Source of the DNA: Marsupella aquatica
Lineage: Eukaryota > Plantae > Marchantiophyta
Direction of reading: 5' to 3'
Assembly: GCA_973895155.1 (NCBI GenBank)
Contig: OZ316898.1
Span: 18,363,292 to 18,427,291, forward strand
Length of the DNA stretch: 64,000 nucleotides
Part shown: positions 1 through 11,860 of the stretch, in pieces
Numbering within the stretch: the first letter of the stretch is position 1
Layout: each line of letters starts with the position of its first letter
Notes under the pieces: model-generated
What the model was told of the DNA's origin: nothing
What the model saw: only the letters and a program-made list of their open reading frames with translations
The model's database searches: none
Program-made: the position numbers and the translations under genes

Positions 1-809
1 ACCGTAGTGCAGCCTTTTTGGACGACACCCTAGCTGTAGCTAGCTCAGAGCTTGGACACGAAGCTAAGTTGTAGCATCCGTGATGGAGGGGGTCTTGAGA
101 CCATCTTGGTGCAGAACCTTCAACAGCCTTTTCGTCCTCGCTTTCCTGCAGTGCACAGTCGTGGCCCACCTGAGTGAAGTTCCTTCATGGAGATGAGCTA
201 GCGGAGCTTCAACGATCGATGTTCCGAAATGGGAACTCAATGGATGATGACCACTCGCAGTCTTCCATGCGTGATCTCCTCAGGTAAACAAATACTCTCC
301 TCGATCGAACCGAACCAGCTCATAATCTTCCCCTGTCGTACTCTCTTGTGTACATTGGCATTTACTCCAGCAGGATTTGCCTGGGGCCCTATAGTGCAAC
401 TCGTGTGACTCTTGTTCACGATAAAATACTTGAAACTGAGGTTTACATGCACTGACGAGTAAATAGGTTTGTCAGTGTCTATTTCATATTGTTCCCGACA
501 AATATTAACTGTTTACATGACACAGTCGTTCCCATTTGGTCAGAAGCAGATAAACATTTGTACGTGCTGCCAACCAGCTCTGCTCTTCTGAACTCACAAG
601 CACGCCGCAGTTGTATCAATGCCAATGTTGACCAATTGAACTTCTGTCTAGTACTCTCTTGCTGTGCTTTATGCCACATTTTAAAGCAAGGCTCTGTAAT
701 GGAAGCTTTAATTCGGCGTTCTTGGAATTAGGACGCCTGTCTTCCTCTTTTGACCACGTGCCTGAGGAAGACCATTCCACAAGCTAGACGAAGCCGGCAA
801 ACACACGGC

Positions 810-1426
810 AATGTGCTCTTGGGAAGAGGGGTTCAGGAAGCATAAGAGCTGGACTTCCGTCAATGTGGGTGTCTTCCTCATTCGGAATTGTCAATATATG
901 GACCAACGATCTCTTTGACAAGTGGTCCCCAATGGGACCCGATGGTCCAGTCCGAGTAGAATATGGAAAGATCTTGTCCAGTTTTCTAGAGAGGTACAGC
1001 GATTACCCTGCTCATGACCAATCGGCTCTCATCTACCTCATGCTCACAGATGAAACCGTACTTTCAAAGATCCAGCTAGTCGAGAACAATTACATTAGCA
1101 GTGGGTGGTGGGTTGGTGTGGTGGACACCTTCGAGAGCTCCATTGAGAATTATCATCCGGGGTTGGGGGATAAAAGGTGGCCGTGGATCACACACTTCAC
1201 GGGCTGTTCGCCATGCAGTGGCGGCAACAATCCCGCATTCTCTTACGAGCAGTGCCTGAGGAACATTACCAAAGCCTTCAATTTTGCAGGAAACCAGGTG
1301 CTGGCGTACATGGGGTATCAATACGAGACCCTCTGGTCCACAACAATTGTCAGAACCAGAAATGAAACAACTCGACCTTTGGACTTTGTGGGCATGAATC
1401 CGTGGAAGAAAAAATGGCTCAACTAG
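810..1426 (+). pseudogene. GT34 glycosyltransferase (xyloglucan xylosyltransferase / galactomannan galactosyltransferase-like), 5'-truncated and frameshifted
   Basis: Reads WEEGFRKHKSWTSVNVGVFLIRNCQ, then a 4-nt TATA insertion (895-898), then WTNDLFDKWSPMGP...DQSALIYL...WPWITHFTGCSPC...AFNFAGNQVL. This matches the GT34 C-terminal half. No N-terminal TM or DxD region is recognisable upstream. Confidence 0.85.
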
Positions 1427-1858
1427 CTGCTGACACGGGAGCCAATTCGTCATGATGGCCATACGAACGTCACGGTTGATAAGAACTGCGGTCTAAGTTT
1501 CCGCTTGATCGATGTCAGGTCACCAACTAAAGAGAGGTGACTTAGACCCCATTTCTATCGCATCTGCACTCTACTAGGTGTGCACCAGATCTAACACTTT
1601 CAATCGGAGGGCAAAGATGCGCATATTCTGTGATCGAGGTCCTCACTCTGGGCTTATTGTAAAGTTCTCTGGAGTAGCGGCGGTTCAGAGTTTCGGCAAG
1701 CTGCACGATTCCATTCCATGAAGTTCCTGACAAATGTACTGGACAGCACAAAGTTGAGATTCCGATTTGACGAAGCACCTAAAGCGTTCCAGCAGAGGGG
1801 CACGCAGTAGCGTGATTTAGAACTGTAGCAAGCTAAATCTCAGGCTACAGTTCCAAGC

Positions 1859-1924
1859 TAATTTGTTGATGCAAGGGTTTAGGGTTTAGGGTTTAGAGGT
1901 TTAAACGTTAATTTGTTGATGCAA
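1859..1924 (+). repeat. Short interstitial telomere-type (TTTAGGG) tract between 16-bp direct repeats
   Basis: TAATTTGTTGATGCAA at 1859-1874 and 1909-1924 flanks GGGTTTAGGGTTTAGGGTTTAGAGGTTTA. Confidence 0.8.
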
Positions 1925-2855
1925 TAGAATATCTGTGGGTCCGAAACTGTGAAAAGGTGAAAGTGGGCGAATTTTGCTGGGTTGAATTCGGTTCCATGCT
2001 TGTCGCCAAAGGTCAAGAATTTGGTGTGGGTTTGTCTTGGGCCTTGGGGGAAAGGTCAAAAGCAATCACAATTGTAGTATATGCAGGACAGCCATGCAGA
2101 GGTTGCTGGTGATCCTAAACGAGCCTGTGTTTTAAGGTTTAGGGTTACTCTTATTTGCCAGGGTAGCCAATGTCACCTTGTGTAAAGTAGAGGAGGCTAA
2201 GTAAGAAGATTATTTATCTAATTTTCCTAGATTAACAAGTGAGTGATAGATCTCCCTAGATTTAAACATAAGATTCAGATTCTGGCTGGGTGTGTGACCA
2301 GGTGCCAAACTGGCTAATGGAAGAAAAAAACCTGGCTAATTTTGGCCAAAAGTGGCAATATTTTTTAGTAGGGTGCAATTTGGGATAGGCTAGTGGAAGG
2401 AAAAAAGTCTGACTAAATTTTGCCAAAATTGGCAAATACTTTCAGAAAAGTGAATTCAGGGTCTGGAGACTAGGACCTATTTACGCATTGGCATGTACAG
2501 TAGTTCAGCCTGAGGCTTCTTATTTTGTTTCATAGCTTGAAGACAGGTCTGGCAGCTTGCCAATCCAGGCATATAGTTATCAAAAATTTAAAGCATACAG
2601 TTGGGGATTGGAAAATAGACTCAGGTTGTCATGGAGAGTGAAACTTTTAATCAGAGGTTCCCCAGAGGTGTTAATCACACACAGGTCAGCTCCAAGAACA
2701 AAAGCTCCTAGTTTACTTATGTCCCAATCTACAGCTAGAAAGATTGGATAAAGGATGGGACTTCATGGGCAAAGTATCTCTAACTATAGCGAATCCGAGT
2801 TTCAAGACCAACATCACATTATTTGAGCAACCCATTATTGATGAAGGTGGCAACA

Positions 2856-3009
2856 GGCACAGTCACGACCAAAATACGACATAAAAGCTAATTCTGAAGT
2901 TCCTTCAGACATCCCACAGCCCTTAATGGTTGGTGCAGTTAAAGGTTGTGGGATGTCTGAAGGAACTTCAGAATTAGCTTTTAGGTCGTATTTTGGTTGC
3001 GACTGTGCC
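2856..3009. repeat. Long inverted repeat (about 71-bp arms, 12-nt loop)
   Basis: 2856-2926 matches the reverse complement of 2939-3009 with about 5 mismatches. Confidence 0.9.
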
Positions 3010-4723
3010 CGTCAGGCCTCTACCATCTAGGAGGAAGTAGAGCCTTGATACAAGCACCTCAATCGGCCAGCTTGGCCAGCACATGTGGCGTACAGTCAGC
3101 CAAGGCTGCTTCACTTGGTCCAAACCTGCAAATCACAGGGAAAAGCAACATGATAAGGTTAGGGGGCCACCTCGTGGTGCATCGTCCTGGAAAGGAGTAC
3201 AACTCCAGTTCTTCCTGCAGGAACTTTTGCACTGCTTTCATAATATCCAGGGCATCCAGTTTGGTGCCCATAACACTAGAATTCTGTTTTCTGCGTACCA
3301 ACTTAAGTCTTTCTAATACTTCTCTCTCAGCCATTTCTGAAAAGCATGTTTAGCCCAAAGGGCACAAAACTTTAGGGTTTCAGAAGAAGAAAAAAAATCA
3401 CTATTTTTGTCAGTCTTTTTCCTTCCCCCTGTCTGACAGTACAGTGCTATGGGTCTTTTCTCTCAACTTCATCAAATTTGAAGTCTTCTTAACTAACTTT
3501 AATTTATAAAGATTTCATTAGGGAGATTGTAACCGATGCATATTGTTAAAGTGTCCATAAAATTAAATATTTCAATACTAAATTTGATGAAAATCTTTTC
3601 CATTGAATATACTTAAAGTTGCAAATAGAAAGGGTAAAAAAAGTCTACTTTTTCACTTATGGTAAAACAGATTGCCCATAAAATTGTAAAAACATTTAGT
3701 CATACAGGCACTAAATATAATTAGACCCGAATTTGGTACAAAGGAGCTAGTATCGTAAAACATACATCTGCAACCTATGAACAAATGGTAGTTTTCTCAG
3801 AACCTATAGAAGTCTCATCCTAGTTTCGAGTGAAAGGGAGAAACTTATAGTGGCCCTTTGATACCCTTTAATTGTTACATCCAAATTCAATGCATAGTCT
3901 CTTCCTTTCAAGTATGCAAAATGGCCATTGAACTAGACAACCTGGAAGGTCGACAACAGCTCGAATATTGAGAACGTGATCAGTAAGTGATGGGCCTTCA
4001 TACTCGTTCGGGATGCTTTGTAGAACGAGCAGCTACTGGCGTTGGCTTTGTGGCCAAGCCAAGTCATTGATGCGTGAATCCATCCATAAAGTTATCGAAA
4101 ACAACCCTCCTTTCATGTGAAGGCTAGAGACTCCAAATTGACTGGAGCTGGCCGTCATCAATATGCTTCCACCGCAACTACTGTAAAGAAGATGTAGAAA
4201 GATAATTTTGGATAAGTACTGACATTTCTCTTCTCCAAATAATGCAGGAGTACTTACCCTTCTCTGCGTCCTAGACGCAAACCTGATGCACCAAAAATAT
4301 CCAGCTGTCATCTAAACCTGCACACCACACCATTCGACTCATCAGGCTGTTGCAATCACTTCTAGCATGATTAAGAATTGGGTGCTTATTCTAAACTATC
4401 AGGACGATCCAATTGGCCAATTTACAAGCCTCATGATGAAGTACTTCCCAGGCCTTCATTAGAGTGTTTCTTTTACATTCATTAACAACAGCTTAGAAAG
4501 AAGTTCTTCGTACCAAACTCAGTTTCCAAGATTCTGAGAAGTTGTAGGATCAATTGCACAATGTCTTAAGGTCCCAGCGCTTTGCAGCTCGAGCTGCTCC
4601 CAGAACAATTGGAAACTCAGTTTTTCACAATTAACTGAGATGTACATACGAGCCAAGAAAGGCCAAAAGTATCTCCTCCTATGCCGTGGACACAATGTGT
4701 CTCTCTGGTTTCTGAGGGAGAAA

Positions 4724-7026
4724 CTAATAAATGACCGATGATAGTAAGAATCCGACAACCATGAATTGTCGTAAATGATTGAGAAGACTTTTTGCACCCT
4801 ATCCAGAAATTTAGCAGATAGGAGGAAACCGGGAAAATTTGGTAGTACGCCTAAAACTAGATCTGCAATGGCCCTGAGGTTCAAACCTCCACTATACCAA
4901 TACTTGTCATTGGGATTTAAGGAGTATAGGGCCGATACATCAAGCGTTCGATCTCTGAGAAGAAAGTAGTTTGTGCTAATTATGCCTCCCACCGGGCCTA
5001 GCAATGCAGAGTATCCAATCAACCAGGTATAAATAAATTCTTGGTTGGATTGGATTAACCTCCAAGGTGCTAGCATGATACTAAGTGTGGCAGCTAGTGA
5101 ATAAACCACTTTTTTCTCAATGAATGAAAAAACTGATTGATTTATATTCACTAGAGCGTTCGCTGGAGCGACAACGTTGGCTGCAATGTTTGTTTTCAAC
5201 GTGGCCAGAATCACACCGACAAGAGCTAGAAGGGTTGGAATAAAGCTCCCGATGAGACTGAGCATCTCTATAGGATCTGAGACCATTGTTGATGAAGTAA
5301 ATGCCAACCCAAGAAATGTGAACGCAACCATGAAGAGAGGAAGGCCAACTGCTTGGCCCAACAGTTGATCGGCCTGGCTGTGTGTGTGTGTATCTTGTAA
5401 AATCTGCACAATTCTATAATTGAAAATTGTTTGAGTAACACTGGACTTGCTGTGTGCTGAACAAGTAACACTCATACAGATTCCTAGATCTCACCATCTC
5501 TCATCTCTAACATTACATGTGGACAACCTTAGACCTTAGAATTTTCCCAAAGCTGTCTATTTTAGTTCCGTTACTCGCACTTCTGTATTTCAAACCTGCA
5601 ACTCGTTTTAATGCTAAACCTAGATTCTGCATAACAAAGTAAGCTAGGGTGTTGCGGGGAGGGCACATACCAGGGATGTTAAGGCTCAGGGTCGCCCAAA
5701 GACCGACATTAGTAGTTAGAGCCGGGAAAACTGTTACCCAAAACTGGGAAGGAGCTGATAACATGGGTCCAAAACCGCCTGCTCTCAAAGTAACCCAGGC
5801 TAGCAAAGCAGCTGAGAGGCCAATCAAAACTGGCGCACAATACTTCTCCATTTGCCGAATACTCTCAATCCCATTCAATATTATACCGACCTGCATGAAG
5901 AAAACAACAACAGACAGACCGTTTCAAACCTGTGGATACCGATCTCTCAAAAATCATTTACGACGATTGCATCTTGGCAATGTCCGTGCCCTAAAAACTA
6001 ATGTGGTTGCATAATTCACTCCAAACCGACTTTGCCAGAAAGTTTTTAGAGAAAGAGAATGCATAGAAGAGAAGTCCGATTGAAACTAGGTGCTGAAGGT
6101 AGTTGCCGCCAGTCAAATTGCTGCTGCCCGATGGTCTTGAAAAGGCCATTTACCTGCAAGCTCCAGAAGAGAAGAACGCAGCTAAGCTCCGGAATGCTTG
6201 TTCCGAGCCAGAGGACCACAGTAGTTTCTAATCTTGTTGGCAAGAGAGCATTCACGAATTGGAAAATGGCTTGTCCACCAATCCATGTATGAATCCAAAA
6301 CCACCTACAGCCAACCAATGCTCGCAGGATAGACTCCGGATTGTTTGCTCCCCGGACCCCAAAAGCTGCATGAGACAAGAGTAGGAAAGGAATCCCGCAT
6401 TTTGTTCCGCCATGTCCACTCAAGACCATAGGGAACAGAACAATCACATTCCCTGCTAGCACCGTCAAGATCCCCTGCCACCATGCCATTCCCATCTCAA
6501 CGAGACTTCCAGCCATGTAGTAAATGGGGATCTTGACGGTGCTAGCAGATCTACAAGCCCCACCCAACGACTTGCCAAATCCCAGATGGAAGAACTCCTT
6601 TGCTCTTGCAGGACAGGGCAAAGTCATCACTTATTAGTGACTTGTGTGGATTCTCAGGTAGCTTATTGATGATTGGCTCCAGCATTGCATCCCAGAAACC
6701 GGTTCTCCCATGTAACAAACCGTCATAACTATTACTATTGTCCCCGGCAGCCCCTCCCTCGGCCAGTGAAGCGTACCGTGTTATCTTCTCTTCGATTGGA
6801 CGGCCTGACTGTCAAAAACCCTCGACTGGGTCCGAATTGAGGGCTGTTGTTGCCAGAAGAGTTGTATCAATGACTGCAGATGCCCAGCCCATGATGAATC
6901 TATCCTGCTTGCCATCCATCTGTGCTGCAGCTTCAGAACCTGCGAATGTCTATGATGAATTCGTATTGAATGTGGTCGGAGAAAGGAAGCTGCCTGGCTT
7001 GCAGCAGATCCATATCCCCAGACCAT
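4724..7026 (-). pseudogene. NCS1: Nucleobase:cation symporter 1 (NCS1/PLUTO-like) pseudogene, 3 exons
   Basis: Motifs WDLASRWVGLV, YYMAGSLVEMGMAWWQG, TWIGGQAIF, WATLSLNIP, TNIAANVVAPANAL and YTWLIGYSALLGP. GT-AG introns at 6153-5891 and 5670-5404. Lesions: frameshifts in the 5' exon, a +4-nt CA slippage (5379-5390), in-frame deletions, a 1-nt deletion near 4757 and TAG at 4726-4724. Confidence 0.88.
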
Positions 7027-8164
7027 AGCAAGCTGCAATTACTTCCCTAGCTAGAGGCCTCTTCCCTGCCGACGTCAGCACGATTCACAAAATCTCATCA
7101 TGACACAACAGCCGAGATTAAAACAGATCGAGCTCTTTCGACATCTTTCAGCAGCCAGGAGACATTTTGCATGCCTCATTCGTTTGCATTGCAATGGGTG
7201 GGCTGTTTCCAGGCTTGTGCCTAGCCAATTTCCAGCTTCCTCAACAACGAGGGATGCTACGACAGACTTACGTGAACAACTACACCCAAGTCTGCAGATG
7301 TTGGTGACACTCCACATCTCTTCATGGTCTCCTGGAACTTAACATTCTTAATTCAAGACACAGAGTCGAGAGAAAGAGGTCTTTCAGTAGAGTATAAACT
7401 GAGTTAATCTGTACATTTCCTTCGTGCAGAATGACGCATCACTGCCCAAAGGGATGGGTCCGGCTGCCCAGATCCTGCATTCTGTGGACCACCATGTCTA
7501 GTGTCGGTAAGCACACATCAAAATGTGGTAATATCCGGGGTAAGATAGAAATTACGAGAGTTATCATGGTAGCACTCATTGATTTAAAGAAAATAACTAG
7601 ATTTATCATGGTAAGGAGGGATGTCATACACCATATGACACATATGTCATAGTTACCCAGACCCAACTCTAATTCTGATCACGATTTAGCACTAAGATAT
7701 TAACTCTAATTTTATAAATATTTCGGAGGCTCCATGATGGGCCTCCGAATTAAGATTGCCAAGTTTTACTATCCACAGGCAGATTTCGCATTGGGTAGCT
7801 CCTGAATCATTCTGCAAGATCGATGTAAGGCTTGAATCATCAAGACCAACGCTCGATCACATCGAGTGTCCAGCATAGAAAAATATCAGCAGGCACGGTG
7901 TGTCCACTTTTATTAGAGCCTTTTAATCGATGATAAGTCAGGAAATCTTCAATATAGAAATGCAGTTGGGAGATGAAGTGTGGGTTTCGGATCGGATCGA
8001 GAAATGCACAAACTAAGTTAAACATTAAGCCGTGTACGTTGCTGATCGAGGTCCTCGTCGACTGTCTACAACTGTCTGCTCTAACTCAAATAGAGTCCTA
8101 CATTACATTTCCAAGCGGTACCAACGTTCGTTCTAAGGTCGACTTTGAATGAATCGGTCATACT

Positions 8165-8447
8165 AGAGACCAGACCAGACCGAAGAAAGTTTCGATGTCC
8201 ACAAGTTTTTCAAAACGCAACGGAAGTCCGGCCGTCGGACTAATGTCTGGCTACATATATACATATGGAACTTTCAGAGCTGGTCAGTTGAATCGATGTC
8301 GCGAGACCAGAGACCATACCAGACCAGAGAAAGTTTCGATGTCCACAATTTTTCAAAACTCAACGGAAGCCCTTAGCTCGGATCGACTTATGGCTGGCTA
8401 CAGATGTATATGGAACGTTAAGAGCTGGTCAGTTGAATCGATGTCGC
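8165..8447 (+). repeat. Tandem duplication, about 143-bp unit x2
   Basis: AGAAAGTTTCGATGTCCACAA...AGAGCTGGTCAGTTGAATCGATGTCGC occurs twice. Confidence 0.85.
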
Positions 8448-8620
8448 AATTTACAAAGTCATGTAGAGAACACTTTCTTGAGGTAAAGGCAAAGCCGCGA
8501 GTGTGGGCTGATAAATGAAAGCATGTATTCATTCAAACATTTGTAGATTGCAAGTCGAAGGGATTGATCTGGCCCAAATTCTCCTTTGTCTCGTGACAAC
8601 AACGCCAACAGAGAGAGAGA

Positions 8621-10202
8621 ATGATGACGAGATCGAAGAGGGCGAAGCATGTGTCAAAGGAGAAGTTGGTCAGACCGGAATTAAGAACGCCGAAAGACAC
8701 TCAGGCTCTCGAGCAACCAGCCTCTGCTGAAAGGCCTGGAGCTCAGAAGTCGTCGCCTCAATCGTCAGAAACCTGGACAGGCCTTGCTCAAGGTGTTCCT
8801 CTGAATCTTGACAAGATGGGTGAGAGTCCTGCAAATCCACCTCAAAAACTAGCGTCAAAGGTTCGCTATCATCAATTGCCTAACCTCTTGGAGACCCGAC
8901 GACTCGCCCGACGAATGATGATGCAAGGAAGAAATGCATCCCAATTGGGACCGCAAGTGGAACTGGAAGGTTCGCCCATAATTACGCTATTGATTTAAAG
9001 TTAAGAATAGAAAATAGTACTGATGGATGTTTCCAGATGTCCAGTCAATCGTGTCGTTGACAAATTAAGCAAACTTTCAGTAACCTCAGGAGCACTGCGT
9101 ACATCCATAGATAGATCGAGGGTCCGAGGCAGTAGCAATCGTGGTCAATTGTTTGGTCGATCATATAAACGAATGACACGTGAAGATTGAAATGGCGTGT
9201 ATTCATTTGCAGACCAGTAGCGAGTGCTCAAAGAGAATTGCTAAAACTGACGTGATTGTGAGGATTGTACGTAGGAAATAGTTATGCAGATGAAATTGCA
9301 ATGACGCGTGAACGAGCATTATTGGATGTAGAACAGTAGGATCGATCTAACCAACGAGCTAAATTTAAGCAATACTGCCGTCAGCTGCTGCGCAATCAAT
9401 ATATATGTATACTTGTTCAAAGTAGTCACAGTGCTCATAACTTTAAAACTTTATTAGCAAACTGAATCGAGTCTTCTTCAATCGCGAGCTGACCAAAGTC
9501 ATTGCTATTCTAGATACGTCTTCGGAGGCGCACTCTGCAATCACAACGTCTGATGAATTTTCAGTCCAGGATTTGAAGTCTCGGGACGACACCCTTCTCA
9601 ACCAACCAACCTCTGCTGAAAGTCCTGCGGTTGAGAACTCACTCTCTCCAAGCGAAACCATGGACAGGGTAAAATATTTACCCGAGTATATGCCTGTGCA
9701 TGACCGGGTGGATGACATTGATGAGAGCTCCAGAAACGCTCCAAGTTTGAGATCGATTTTGGCATTGTTAGGTGGAGACCAACATAGTCGTTCGAGTAGC
9801 CCAAGTTTGATGGATCAAGGAACAGCTGCGTCCCAACTGCGAGCTCAAGTTGAAGTTCAAGATAGTAAATGTTCAAGTCGACCTGTCTATGAACCTCCCG
9901 ATTCCATTGGTTTGGGCACGCAAATTTCGGAACGCAAATCTGGCCACGCAATTCTTGCACAGATGTATGAGTCGTCTCAGGACCAGGGCGGTGACCAGCG
10001 CGTGCTAGTGGGAAGTGGTATCAATTCCCCTTTCAGATACGGGATGCCTAGCGATGGCGAGAGCGATGGTGGCTTCAACGATGCTTGCAACGCTGTAGAT
10101 GACTCTCAAGACTTGGTACAATATCTTCGCTCGAGGCAGAAATATTGGCTGGACAAAGGCCAGAAAAGAAGGGAAACGAGCATAGCTAGAGGGACGAAAT
10201 AG
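8621..10202 (+). other. Possible lineage-specific gene or remnant made of two paralogous low-complexity ORF segments
   Basis: ORFs 8621-8998 and about 9447/9573-10202 share colinear motifs: QPASAERP/QPTSAESP, DKMGESPANPP/DDIDESSRNAP and MMQGRNASQLGPQVELEGS/MDQGTAASQLRAQVEVQDS. No family recognised. Confidence 0.35.
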
Positions 10203-10264
10203 TTGCTTTTCTTCGATTCCAGCTTTTGGAGATATGTTTCACCGTGTTACTCAGAAGTCTTGCT

Positions 10265-10692
10265 TTCTGCTAAACCTCGGAAAGGCCGCTCTCCTTTCAA
10301 CACATTTCTCAAATTTTGTTTATGCGTTCTGCAAAATCTCGGAAAGGGGGCTCTCCCTTCAAGACATTTCTCAAATTTGTTATTGCGTTCTGCTAAATCT
10401 CGGAAAGGGGGCTATCCCTTCAACACATTTCTCAAATTTTGTTATTGCGTTCTGCTGAATCTCGGAAAGGAGGCTCTCCCTTCAAGACATTTCTCAAATT
10501 TTGTTATTGCATTCTGCTAAATCTCGGAAAGGGAGGCTCTCCTTTCAACACATTTCTCAAATTTTGTTATCGCGTTCTGCTAAAGCTCGGAAAGGAGGCT
10601 CTCCCTTCAAGACATTTCTCAAATTTTATTATTGCGTTCTGCTAAATCTCGGGAAGGAGGCTCTTCCTTCAAGACGATTCTCAAATTTTGTC
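10265..10692 (+). repeat. Minisatellite, about 62-bp unit x7
   Basis: Unit TTCTGCTAAATCTCGGAAAGGAGGCTCTCCCTTCAA[C/G]ACATTTCTCAAATTTTGTTATTGCG starts at 10265, 10327, 10388, 10450, 10512, 10575 and 10637. Confidence 0.95.
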
Positions 10693-10699
10693 CTACGAA

Positions 10700-11860
10700 T
10701 TATCAGTTGGAAGTTCTTGTTGCCTTCCTTGACATTGTGACATGAACTCTACAGTCTCACTAGGGAAGCTCACTCCTGACCCATATGAAACTACATGCTG
10801 AATGTGCCAATGTTATGTTTCCTGTTTCAACTTGTTTGTAAAGACGTTGTGATCCATGCACGATAGACAGCTTCCGAGTTTTTACTTACTCTGCCAGTTC
10901 CCTCTAAATTCTCTATCAGTCTTCTACATCTAAGTCACCTCCATCCTACTTACCACACCCCCATTTACTACCGCTGATCCTTCTTTCCTTGTATGAGATA
11001 AAATTAGATTGCCATGAATGTCTGTTGCACGTCAAAGGGCTCAAGGCTGTTAGTTTTAGGATCTCTAGTCAACTTCGCTTTGTGACAATACTTTGCTATT
11101 TGCGCTTGAGCTTTACCGGGCTTTTCAGTTTGCCAAGTGTATTGGTTTTAGGACCTCTAGTCAAATATATCTTTGTGACCCTCCTATGCAGTTTCTTGAG
11201 CTTTAGCAGGCTTTTAGTATCCAAACAACACTGGTACGGGGAATGTAATAAATGCTTTGTTGATGAGCCACGCGACGTTGATGGAGAAGGCTAGCTCACC
11301 ATGGAGGAAGAAGACCTGAAAGATGCCTTCCACGCTCATGCAGTTGTTGCATATGTTGTAGCAGACTATATATATTGTTGCCAAGGTTTTTGATGTGTTG
11401 CAGAGGATGGAGGCTAGGGTGAATTGGAAGGGGCACATAACAGGCAGACCATAGGCATTAGTGATTGAATTGAGTATGACCTAGCTAACGGAGCAATGTG
11501 ATGACATCATTACTGTTGTTTGTATTGTCCAAATTTCTAGTGCGTATGAGAAGTAGTGAATTGGACTTTTAAAGGTTATCCTCACCAGGGTCTAGGCAGG
11601 CTTTTCAGGTTGCCCTTACCAGGGTTTAGGCTTATAGCTTTACCAGGCTTTTCAGTTTGCCCTCATCTGGGTTTAGGCTTTAGTTCACAGTTGGTGATGA
11701 CTTTGGCTGGGACTCTCGGCTTTCTGGCTCTTTAGTGTTCCAAGGGTATTTTACCTTGTTTTGCCCCTTCAACCGTTTCGTGCGCTTTTGGGACCCTATC
11801 TCCCTGTTGCGCACCTTTTGTTTTCGCCTTTTGTTTTTGGCACGTGATGTGTATAATTTC
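10700..11860 (+). mobile_element. Degenerate 3' ends of CRE-like non-LTR retrotransposons (at least 2)
   Basis: MSVARQRAQ (11018-11044) and VLQRMEARV (11395-11421) resemble RQRISVTLQCAQARAV in the young element at 35 kb. Each is followed by a T-rich 3'-UTR-like tract. Confidence 0.45.

Noticed and set aside
3059-3334. 91-aa minus-strand ORF beside the hairpin
   Set aside because: No recognisable family or supporting exon structure.
10265-10692. CRISPR-like array, and the several repetitive ORFs over it
   Set aside because: The units are contiguous near-identical copies with no unique spacers, in eukaryotic DNA. The ORFs are artefacts of the repeat.
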